Assembly (NCBI GenBank): GCA_034408725.1
Contig: JAWXCN010000164.1
Span: forward strand, 1-15,322
Length of the DNA: 15,322 nucleotides
Reading direction: 5' to 3'
Source: Candidatus Hydrogenedentota bacterium
GTDB lineage: Bacteria; Hydrogenedentota; Hydrogenedentia; Hydrogenedentales; SLHB01
Each line of letters begins with the position of its first letter. The stretch's first letter is position 1. The notes under the pieces were generated by a model. The model was given only the letters and a program-made list of their open reading frames with translations, had not been told where the DNA came from and did not search any database. Made by a program: the position numbers and the translations under genes. Positions 8,297 to 15,322 of the stretch are shown here, in pieces.

Positions 8297-8406
8297 TGGG
8301 ATTTAAGCGCAATTGCCCGATTGCCCGGCTCCGATGTTCCGGTATCATCATACCTAATTGCAGTGTGCTATGTTGTAGCCGTGGAAAATCAAGGGGAGGT
8401 TGATTG

Positions 8407-10011
8407 ATGAAACGCCGTCAATTCATTGTGACGGTCGGCGCTTCGGCCATCACTACCGGGTTGGGAGGCTGCGCGACGCCGGACCCCAAGATGCCCGGCC
8501 GGCGGCCGAACATTCTATTTATCATCGTGGATCAGCATCGCGCCGACTGCATTGGCGCGTATGGGAATCGGGAGGTACGGACGCCGCATCTCGACGCGCT
8601 CGCGGCCGAGGGCGTGCGATACGCCAACAGTTTCTGCGCGTACCCCGTGTGTACCCCGTCGCGGTACAGCCTGTTTTCGGGACTGTACGTACACGAACAT
8701 GGCGGCAGCAGTAACCGCAGCACCTTGCGCGCGGACATTGATACGTTTCCGCGAATCCTTCGGGATGCGGGCTACAACACGGCCGCCGTTGGAAAAATGC
8801 ATTTCACGCCGACGTATCTCGATATTGGTTTCCAACAGATGTTCCTTGCCGAGCAGGATGGCGAGGGCCGTTGGGACGACGATTACCATCGCGAATTGAT
8901 GCAACGCGGCTTGATCGATATTAACGACCTTGAGGATCAACGCCGCGAGTATCGCGCGCGGGCGCGGGAAGAATATTGGGAAACTTTCGGCGCGCTGCCG
9001 ACGAACCTGCCCGCGGACATGCATTCGACCGAATGGATTGGCCGCAAATCCATCGAGATTCTCGAGGAATGGGGAGGTGACGACGCGAACCTGCTGGTCA
9101 CAAGCTTCGTGAAACCGCACCATCCTTTTGATGCCGTACTTGCGGACGCCGACAAGTATGACCCCGCGGCGCTGTCGTTGTTGCCAGGTTGGACGAGCGA
9201 ATGTTTTGCGCATGACCTGGCGTATAACCACGGCTATCTGCCCAACAAGGATCTGACCGAAGAGCGTTTGCGGCGGGTGATGGCGTATTACTATGCGACG
9301 ATCGAGCAGATCGATCGGCAGGTGGGCGAAATGATCGCGGTGTTGAAGCGAAAGGGTCTGTACGAAAACACCATGATCGTGTACTTAAGCGATCATGGCG
9401 AGTACATGGGCCATCATCACATGCTGCTGAAAGGGAACTACATGTACGATGCGCTGGCGCGCGTCCCGTTGATCATCCGGTATCCCCGTGGTGCACACGG
9501 GGGCGAGGTGCGCGATGGGTTGGTGAGTCTGATTGATCTTGCGCCGACGGTGTTGCGGCAGGCGGATTGCGTACCCGGGGCGCAAATGCACGGAATTAAT
9601 CTTGTGTCCGAGACAAAAGGGCGCGACACGATTTTCGCGGCGTCCGGCCGTGGGCAAACGATGGTCCGGACGCGCGCGCATAAATTAATGATGAGTGAGA
9701 CGCCCAAAAAGACTTTGTTGTACGATTTGGAACGCGATCCCAATGAATTGAACGATGTTTACGGCGAGGCGGAGTACGCGCCGGTATTGGAATCGTTGAA
9801 ACGTCAGGTGTCGCAATGGGGGGGTGAGTTGACGTTCCGCGAAGCGCATCTTGATTTGGATGCGCCCAAAATAAGCGGCGCCAATGTGCCGCCGGGGGAT
9901 TTGTCGCATCGTCAGGCGGCGATTGATTACTACGAGAAGGCGTGGGATGCGGAGCGCTTTCAGCGCGCGAGCTTGGGGGCGTTTCATTCCAGGGGCAATG
10001 CCCCTGGCTAG
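8407..10011 (+). CDS. Formylglycine-dependent sulfatase (S1 / alkaline phosphatase superfamily), probable Tat lipoprotein
   Basis: PNILFIIVDQHR, CTPSR (CxPxR), VGKMH, PHHPF, YLSDHGE, RVPLIIRYP and LYDLERDPNE. The N-terminus has KRRQF followed by LGGC. RBS AGGGGAGG at 8392-8399; start is TTG 8404 or ATG 8407. Confidence 0.93.
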   Translation: MKRRQFIVTVGASAITTGLGGCATPDPKMPGRRPNILFIIVDQHRADCIGAYGNREVRTPHLDALAAEGVRYANSFCAYPVCTPSRYSLFSGLYVHEHGGSSNRSTLRADIDTFPRILRDAGYNTAAVGKMHFTPTYLDIGFQQMFLAEQDGEGRWDDDYHRELMQRGLIDINDLEDQRREYRARAREEYWETFGALPTNLPADMHSTEWIGRKSIEILEEWGGDDANLLVTSFVKPHHPFDAVLADADKYDPAALSLLPGWTSECFAHDLAYNHGYLPNKDLTEERLRRVMAYYYATIEQIDRQVGEMIAVLKRKGLYENTMIVYLSDHGEYMGHHHMLLKGNYMYDALARVPLIIRYPRGAHGGEVRDGLVSLIDLAPTVLRQADCVPGAQMHGINLVSETKGRDTIFAASGRGQTMVRTRAHKLMMSETPKKTLLYDLERDPNELNDVYGEAEYAPVLESLKRQVSQWGGELTFREAHLDLDAPKISGANVPPGDLSHRQAAIDYYEKAWDAERFQRASLGAFHSRGNAPG

Positions 10012-10023
10012 CGCCGTTGGCGC
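9954..10023. repeat. REP-like triple-hairpin element, left copy, overlapping the sulfatase 3' end
   Basis: GCGCT-TTC-AGCGC (9954-9966), CCAGGGGCA-A-TGCCCCTGG (9989-10007) and GCGCC-GTT-GGCGC (10011-10023). Confidence 0.75.
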
Positions 10024-10224
10024 GGAATATCCCACTCAAAATCGTTTTTGGGTTCCACGGTTACCTCTCAACGAACAATATACTGGATGAAGGAGCATTC
10101 GGCATGTACAGTCCAGTGTCACGAGGATTATACTTGTGGAGGAACAAATGTAGTTTCCTTTACTCTGAGCAATACTGGAGAAAGTGGTGCCATTTATACT
10201 AATGTCGCAGTTTCAAAGGTGTAG
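10024..10224 (+). pseudogene. Possible 3' remnant of a truncated gene (Cys-containing, beta-strand-like)
   Basis: Frame 1 is open from 10012 to TAG 10222-10224: ...GISHSKSFLGSTVTSQRTIYWMKEHSACTVQCHEDYTCGGTNVVSFTLSNTGESGAIYTNVAVSKV*. It is low GC like the next gene and its end overlaps that gene's ATG. It could instead be a 45-aa ORF from ATG 10087, or chance. Confidence 0.35.
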
Positions 10225-11218
10225 AACTCGTTTCCTGGGTTTGCTTATTGTCTTTTGCCTGAAAGCAGTCTGCGCTCAAATTGAGCCGGATTTGCAAAAC
10301 AGGGACTACGAGAACGCTATTGGAGCAGTAGAGTCACTGGGCCGTGAATATGTATTACTTAATGGCAAGCAAGCATTGGTAGACGAATATTTATCAATTA
10401 TACAGAGATTCCCAGATCGTGATAAAAACTTACGATTAGAAGTCAGCGCTGCATACATTTGGCTATGGGAATTGAGGGGAACCGGCGAAATCCGATGCAC
10501 CGATCTCGCGTTTAGTGGATTTGAAAATGCAATTGCCCGCTATCCATCAGACACGCCGTTCATGAAAAACGCAAGACTGATCGCGGCTGGAGCCATGCGG
10601 GACGAACTGCCTTCCCGTTCTGCTGAATTGTACCAATCATTGGTAGACGATTACCCGGAGGACGCTGCAATACAGTTGGAAGCATACGTGGGCTTGGGTG
10701 ATTTGGCAACCAACGCGAAGGAACTGGACAAAGCAAGAGAGTATTACGCAGTGGTCATTGAATACGATTGGACCGGGCTGGAATCATCGGAGGACATGCA
10801 CTCTGCAAAGGGGGCAATGGGAAATGCGGCGGTTGGATTATTGACCTTACCATTGTTGGGCGGTTTTCCTGAGGAAGTCAAGTTAGCGAAACTGAAGCAA
10901 ATGTTAATTGATTTTCCAAGAATATCAAACCTAAAGCCAGATTTAGTTAGGGAGTATTATTTATCCCAGCTGGAGAAGCCAACTGCGGTTCCTGCCACTC
11001 CCGGCGCGTCACAAATAATTGAACATGATGCATCGATCTCGGGGCTTTCCGCCGCGATTACACCATCTGCTCCATCCACAAACTTGTCGGATAAAACATT
11101 CGCGACTACAAAACCGATTTCATTAGAACCGGAAGGTATGAAACTAAATGTTTTCTGGTGGCCCTTATCGGGCGCAACCCTGTGTCTTGTATCATTTATT
11201 TTTCTTCTCCGAAGGTAA
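10202..11218 (+). CDS. Low-GC exported TPR-like hypothetical protein with a C-terminal membrane anchor
   Basis: Long ORF (GTG 10184 or ATG 10202). It has a signal-like RFLGLLIVFCLKAVCA, TPR-like AELYQSLVDDYPE and AYVGLGDLATNAKELDKAREYY, a P/T/S-rich linker, and a terminal hydrophobic helix ending LLRR. Sampled lines are about 30-45% GC versus about 60% in the flanking genes. Confidence 0.7.
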   Translation: MSQFQRCRTRFLGLLIVFCLKAVCAQIEPDLQNRDYENAIGAVESLGREYVLLNGKQALVDEYLSIIQRFPDRDKNLRLEVSAAYIWLWELRGTGEIRCTDLAFSGFENAIARYPSDTPFMKNARLIAAGAMRDELPSRSAELYQSLVDDYPEDAAIQLEAYVGLGDLATNAKELDKAREYYAVVIEYDWTGLESSEDMHSAKGAMGNAAVGLLTLPLLGGFPEEVKLAKLKQMLIDFPRISNLKPDLVREYYLSQLEKPTAVPATPGASQIIEHDASISGLSAAITPSAPSTNLSDKTFATTKPISLEPEGMKLNVFWWPLSGATLCLVSFIFLLRR

Positions 11219-11477
11219 AAGCGGTAGAATGTCAGCCCGCATGTTTGGCAGCGGAGGACTCCAACGCGGTACCATGGCGACATAGTTCCGATATGCTTTG
11301 TGCGGATACGGTACGTCGAATGAGTGGAAAGTTTCCGCAAAAGGTAGGCTACGTACCTCGAGAGGTTGGCTCAAAAAGAAGAACGAAGTAATAGCCCCTA
11401 GTAGTTTCGGGGTCTCACCAACGAGCAGCGTACTTAGGTGCGAGAGAGTTTTCTGCCTCAGTGCGATCGATGTTTAC

Positions 11478-11557
11478 GAGCCAATGGCGCAACGCAACCG
11501 TAGCGAGGGGCATCACCCTTGGCACAAGACGCCAACTATCCCGCGCGCGCGAAAACG
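11478..11557. repeat. REP-like triple-hairpin element, degenerate inverted right copy
   Basis: Matches the reverse complement of 9954-10023. GAGCCAATGGCGC vs GCGCCAACGGCGC is 11/13; TAGCGAGGGGCATCACCCTTGG vs TAGCCAGGGGCATTGCCCCTGG is 18/22. An equal-length 19-nt spacer containing ACGCC then leads to CGCGCGC. Confidence 0.7.
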
Positions 11558-11637
11558 ATCCCAATCCCGGATTTTGGATGTTTCGTTGGGCGACGTTATC
11601 GAGATTCGGCGCTGTGCGCGAGAAAATCGCTAAAATA

Positions 11638-11646
11638 TGGTAGAAT
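11638..11646 (+). promoter_or_regulatory. Putative extended -10 promoter element for the PSD1 gene
   Basis: TGGTAGAAT (TGnTAnAAT) about 43 bp upstream of ATG 11689; RBS GGGAG at 11672-11676. Confidence 0.35.
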
Positions 11647-11688
11647 TGTCGATGGATTAGTCGAAGCAATCGGGAGCAACACGCAATC

Positions 11689-14600
11689 ATGGTACGGGCA
11701 TTCGTTTCACTAATTTTGGCGTCGGTCGCGGCATTTGCGCAGGCTCCCGTGGTTGATTTCGCGACGGACGTGCTTCCAATCCTCGCCGAACGCTGTTATT
11801 CCTGCCACGGGCCGGAGAAGCAGAAGAACGGGTTGCGCCTGGACATGCGGGACGCGGCATTTACCGGGGGCGACAGCGGCGCGGCGATAACTCCGAAAGA
11901 TGTTGGCAGCCTGCTGATTCGGCTGGTGACCGGCGCGGACGAAAAGCGCGTGATGCCGCCAACGGGTGAGCGGCTCGCCGAGGCGCAGATTGCTACGTTG
12001 AAGGCTTGGATAGAAGAGGGCGCGGTCTGGCCGGACGAACACGCGGGCAATGCGGCGGTGGCCGTGGACCATTGGGCGTTCAAGACACCGCAACGGCCCG
12101 GACCGCCGCAAGTGCAGGATTCGGCGTGGGTGCGCAGTCCGATAGATGCTTTTGTTTTGTCGCATCTCGAAGGATTGAACATCAAGCCTTCGCCGGAAGC
12201 GGATCGGGTGACGCTGATTCGCCGCTTGCACTTTGATTTAATCGGTATTCCGCCCACACCGCAGGAGATGGACGCGTTTGTGAACGATCCATCGCCTTAC
12301 GCATACGAGGCGCTGGTGAACCGGTTGTTGGCCTCGTCCCATTTCGGCGAACGGTGGGGTCGCTACTGGCTTGACCTTGCGCGGTACGCGGACAGCGATG
12401 GGTATGAGAAAGATTTGGGTCGGCCCTATGCGTACCGCTATCGCGACTGGCTGATCGAAGCCTTGAACCGCGACCTGCCGTATGACCAGTTTGTGATCGA
12501 GCAATTGGCGGGAGACTTGTTGCCCAACGCTTCGCCAGATCAGATTCTCGCCACGGGATTTCATCGAAACACTTTGACGAACCGCGAAGGTGGGGTTGAC
12601 GCTGAAGAGGACCGCGTGAAACAGAACGTAGACCGCGCGGACACGACGGCGACGGTGTTCCTCGGGTTGACGATGGCGTGCGCGCAGTGTCACACGCACA
12701 AATACGATCCGATCACGCATCGCGAGTATTACCAGTTCTACAGTTTCTTCAATACCGCGGTGGAAAAAGACGTGCCCGCGCCAACATCCGGCGAAGTTCT
12801 CGCCTACAACGAAGCAAAAACGCGTTTCGACCAACAGCGCGTGGAATTGGAAAAAGTTGTTGTTGAACACCGGAAGAAACTGGCCGAATCCCTGCCGCAA
12901 TGGGAAACCACGCTGGAATTGCCGGCCCAGGGCTGGACGGTATTGGACCCGCAGAGTTTTGCATCGGCGGCCGGGAGCTCGTTCGTGAAGCAGGAGGACA
13001 AATCCATCCTGCTGACCGGCGACGCGCCGTTGATGGACGAATACACCGCCATCGTCCGCATCAAGGAAATCGGGATCAAATCGTTCCGGCTCGAAGCGTT
13101 CGCGGATTCGTCGTTGGGGAAAGGCGGACCGGGCAGGGCTGGGAACGGCAATTTTGTGCTGGGCGAGTTTGCCGTTTTTGCCGCGCCGTGGTCGGATCCG
13201 CTGAACCAAAAACAGATCGCAATCAAAAGCGCGACGGCAGATTTTGAAGAGCCCGGTATGGAAGCCAAATTGGCCATTGATGGCGACACCAACACGGGCT
13301 GGGCGATTCATCAGGCCGCCGATATGAACGTGTCTCGCGTGATCAATTTCGAGACCGCGGAAGACGTGGGCTTCCCGGATGGGACGATCCTGACATTCAA
13401 GATGAGCCAGCGATATGGCCGGTCGCATACGATTGGCCGCGCGAGGCTGTCGTCGTCCGTATTGCCCGCGGGGGCGGTGCAGTTTTCCGATGCGGTGTTT
13501 CTCGCGCTGAAAACCCCGGCGGACCAACGCACGGACGAGCAAAAGAAAGCGGTGCTCGATTATTATGAGAGCCAGGACCCGCAGATGAAGGTTGTGCGCG
13601 CGCCGCTCGACGGATTGCTCAAGGCGGAGCCCAAACCTCCGGCGACCAAAGCGCAGACCATCGCTGAGAATCCGAATCCGCCCAATACGCACATTCATCT
13701 GCGCGGTGATTTTCTGGCGAAGGGTGATCAGGTCACCGCGGGAACGCCTGCGGTGTTGAACACATTCGCGGCCCGCGGCGAAAAGGCTGACCGGCTCGAT
13801 CTTGCGCGTTGGATTGTGGACCCGGCGAACCCACTGACCACGCGCGTACACGCGAATCGGGTTTGGCAGCATTTGTTTGGCGCGGGGCTGGTGCGCACGC
13901 CCGAGGATTTCGGCGTGCGCGGCGAAAAGCCCACACACCCGGAATTGCTCGACTGGCTTGCGACGGAACTGCTCTTCCAGGGCTGGAGCACCAAGGAGTT
14001 GATCCGCGTCGTTGTGGGTAGCGCGACGTATCGGCAGACGTCGTTCGAGCGAACGGAGTTGCTGGAGATCGATGCCGAGAACAAACTGCTGGCGCGGCAG
14101 AACCGGTACCACGTCCAAGCGGAAATCGCACGGGACGCGACGCTATTTGCGAGCGGCCTGCTGCACATGCCCGTCGGCGGCCCGAGCATTCGTCCCGCGC
14201 AGGCGAAGGGCATCGCGGAACTGGCGTATGCGGGCTCCGTCACGTGGAATGAAAGTCCCGCGCCGGAAAAGTACCGCCGCGGGCTCTATATTTTCTTTCA
14301 GCGCACAACGCCGTATCCGATGTTGATGACCTTCGACTGTCCTGATTCCAATACGGCGGTGGCGCGGCGCGCGCGATCCAACTCGCCGTTGCAGGCGCTG
14401 ACGCTGTTGAACGACCCCGTTTTCTTTGAGTGCGCACAAGCCCTTGGCGCGCGCGTGCTGAAAGAAGCGCCCGCTGACGAACGCGAGCGCGTGCGCTACG
14501 CGTTCCGCGCGTGCATGGGGCGGGAGCCGAACGATGCGGAGCTGGATCGCTTGCAAAAATTTGTTGCTGATCAGCGCGCTGCCTTCGAAGGCAATTCGGA

Positions 14601-14721
14601 GACGGCGGTTGCGTTCGCCGGGAATGTTGTGTCCGGCGCGACGGATGCGACGACAGGGGCGACGTATGTTGCGCTAGCGCGCGTGTTGATGAATTTGGAT
14701 GAATTCGTTACGCGGGAGTAG
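11689..14721 (+). CDS. PSD1 and planctomycete cytochrome c domain protein (PSCyt1 + DUF1549 + inserted domain + DUF1553)
   Basis: Signal peptide; VDFATDVLPILAERCYSCHG (CxxCH) with distal MPP; HWAF; SPIDAFV; FGERWGRYWLDLARYADSDG; FLGLTMACAQCHTHKYDPI (second CxxCH); NPLTTRVHANRVWQHLFG; PTHPELLDWLA; SNSPLQALTLLN; terminal LMNLDEFVTRE. Confidence 0.93.
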   Translation: MVRAFVSLILASVAAFAQAPVVDFATDVLPILAERCYSCHGPEKQKNGLRLDMRDAAFTGGDSGAAITPKDVGSLLIRLVTGADEKRVMPPTGERLAEAQIATLKAWIEEGAVWPDEHAGNAAVAVDHWAFKTPQRPGPPQVQDSAWVRSPIDAFVLSHLEGLNIKPSPEADRVTLIRRLHFDLIGIPPTPQEMDAFVNDPSPYAYEALVNRLLASSHFGERWGRYWLDLARYADSDGYEKDLGRPYAYRYRDWLIEALNRDLPYDQFVIEQLAGDLLPNASPDQILATGFHRNTLTNREGGVDAEEDRVKQNVDRADTTATVFLGLTMACAQCHTHKYDPITHREYYQFYSFFNTAVEKDVPAPTSGEVLAYNEAKTRFDQQRVELEKVVVEHRKKLAESLPQWETTLELPAQGWTVLDPQSFASAAGSSFVKQEDKSILLTGDAPLMDEYTAIVRIKEIGIKSFRLEAFADSSLGKGGPGRAGNGNFVLGEFAVFAAPWSDPLNQKQIAIKSATADFEEPGMEAKLAIDGDTNTGWAIHQAADMNVSRVINFETAEDVGFPDGTILTFKMSQRYGRSHTIGRARLSSSVLPAGAVQFSDAVFLALKTPADQRTDEQKKAVLDYYESQDPQMKVVRAPLDGLLKAEPKPPATKAQTIAENPNPPNTHIHLRGDFLAKGDQVTAGTPAVLNTFAARGEKADRLDLARWIVDPANPLTTRVHANRVWQHLFGAGLVRTPEDFGVRGEKPTHPELLDWLATELLFQGWSTKELIRVVVGSATYRQTSFERTELLEIDAENKLLARQNRYHVQAEIARDATLFASGLLHMPVGGPSIRPAQAKGIAELAYAGSVTWNESPAPEKYRRGLYIFFQRTTPYPMLMTFDCPDSNTAVARRARSNSPLQALTLLNDPVFFECAQALGARVLKEAPADERERVRYAFRACMGREPNDAELDRLQKFVADQRAAFEGNSETAVAFAGNVVSGATDATTGATYVALARVLMNLDEFVTRE

Positions 14722-15140
14722 GTTTGATTGGTGCTCGATGAGCTTGGATGCTGCCTCGAGTTTTAGATTACCAGCACGAGTACGAGAACATGCGTCACAC
14801 GCATCGCGCTTACCCCTCTTCAACGGGGGACAACGAGCCGGACATCGGCAGCGGACGGCTTCGCGATCGTGATCCCAACAGAGCTTATGCCAACGACGGG
14901 TCAAACGGCGCGGCGCACGACGCGAACGGAAAAACCCCTTAACGAGCCGCTCCGCTGACCTGAGCGATTCGGGCCTTCGCCCCCACTCTCACATTTCCTA
15001 TGGTAAACTAAGTCAGGTGCAGGTGCTCCTCAGCGTCGCCGAAGCGGGTGCAGACGGTATTTTTTCGTGGCGGCGTCGCGAATTTCGCTTCATTTTTTTG
15101 CCCTATGATTTTGGGCGCAAACCAACGAGGGAGTCGTGTC

Positions 15141-15322
15141 ATGGGATCACTTAACGAAATTCTAGGTGGCATTCTTGGTAACCTCGGGGGCGGCTCCCGC
15201 AGTCAAGCTTCCGGCAGTCCACAGGCGTCCGGTCAGGACGGTGGCAATTCTCTGCTGAAGCTTGCGATGCAACTTATCCAAAAGCATGGCGGGGTCGGCG
15301 GTTTGTTGAACAAGATCAAGGA
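15141..15322 (+). CDS. YidB/DUF937-like protein, 3'-partial (runs off the window edge)
   Basis: RBS GAGGGAG, then ATG 15141: MGSLNEILGGILGNLGGGSRSQASGSPQASGQDGGNSLLKLAMQLIQKHGGVGGLLNKIK. The MGxLxxILG start and QxxGGxGGLL pattern are typical of YidB. Not in the ORF track because it has no stop in the window. Confidence 0.75.
   Translation, partial: MGSLNEILGGILGNLGGGSRSQASGSPQASGQDGGNSLLKLAMQLIQKHGGVGGLLNKIK

Noticed and set aside
8515-9231. 238-aa antisense ORF, and the many other 60-200 aa overlapping ORFs in the track
   Set aside because: They overlap confidently assigned genes in other frames or strands and show no recognisable motifs.
10009-10011. Pyrrolysine/amber recoding of the sulfatase TAG
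   Set aside because: The sulfatase domain is already complete, no pyl genes are present in the window, and the downstream hairpin is explained by the repeat.
11219-11477. Possible ncRNA or small ORFs downstream of the low-GC gene (GGAAAGTTTCC and AGGTA...TACCT palindromes)
   Set aside because: Only short palindromes, with no recognisable tRNA, riboswitch or RNA-family signature; the overlapping ORFs lack an RBS and protein-like composition.
12238-14118. 626-aa ORF on the - strand
   Set aside because: Lies entirely antisense to the well-supported PSD1 gene; Arg-rich with no motifs, typical of a shadow frame in high-GC DNA.
14748-14942. 64-aa ORF containing DYQHEYE
   Set aside because: The distinctive peptide is a translation of the hexamer repeat; no clear RBS or domain.

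Overview
Bacterial window of roughly 60% GC (estimated from sampled lines). The gene content (a PSD1/planctomycete-cytochrome-c protein, a Tat-exported sulfatase) suggests a PVC-, Hydrogenedentes- or Acidobacteria-like organism; that placement is inference. Genes in order: 3' part of accC, an AmaP/Asp23-like membrane protein with an acidic tail, an NAD-dependent sugar epimerase/dehydratase (-), cysS, a stand-alone 2-oxoacid-dehydrogenase E2-like acyltransferase domain (-), a large secreted TPR-like protein (-), a sulfatase, a low-GC TPR-like membrane-anchored protein, a PSD1/DUF1549/DUF1553 cytochrome-c protein, and the start of a YidB-like gene. The most interesting signals are non-coding. 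(1) Two inverted copies of a REP-like triple-hairpin element (9954-10023 and 11478-11557) bracket a ~1.45 kb low-GC segment holding an apparently 5'-truncated gene fragment and one intact gene; the left copy also supplies the sulfatase stop codon. (2) A 166-bp element with 11-bp terminal inverted repeats and nested hairpins lies between cysS and the E2-like gene. (3) A second REP family forms an inverted doublet plus a microhomology-deleted copy at 8058-8296. No transposase, rRNA, tRNA or CRISPR array was recognised.
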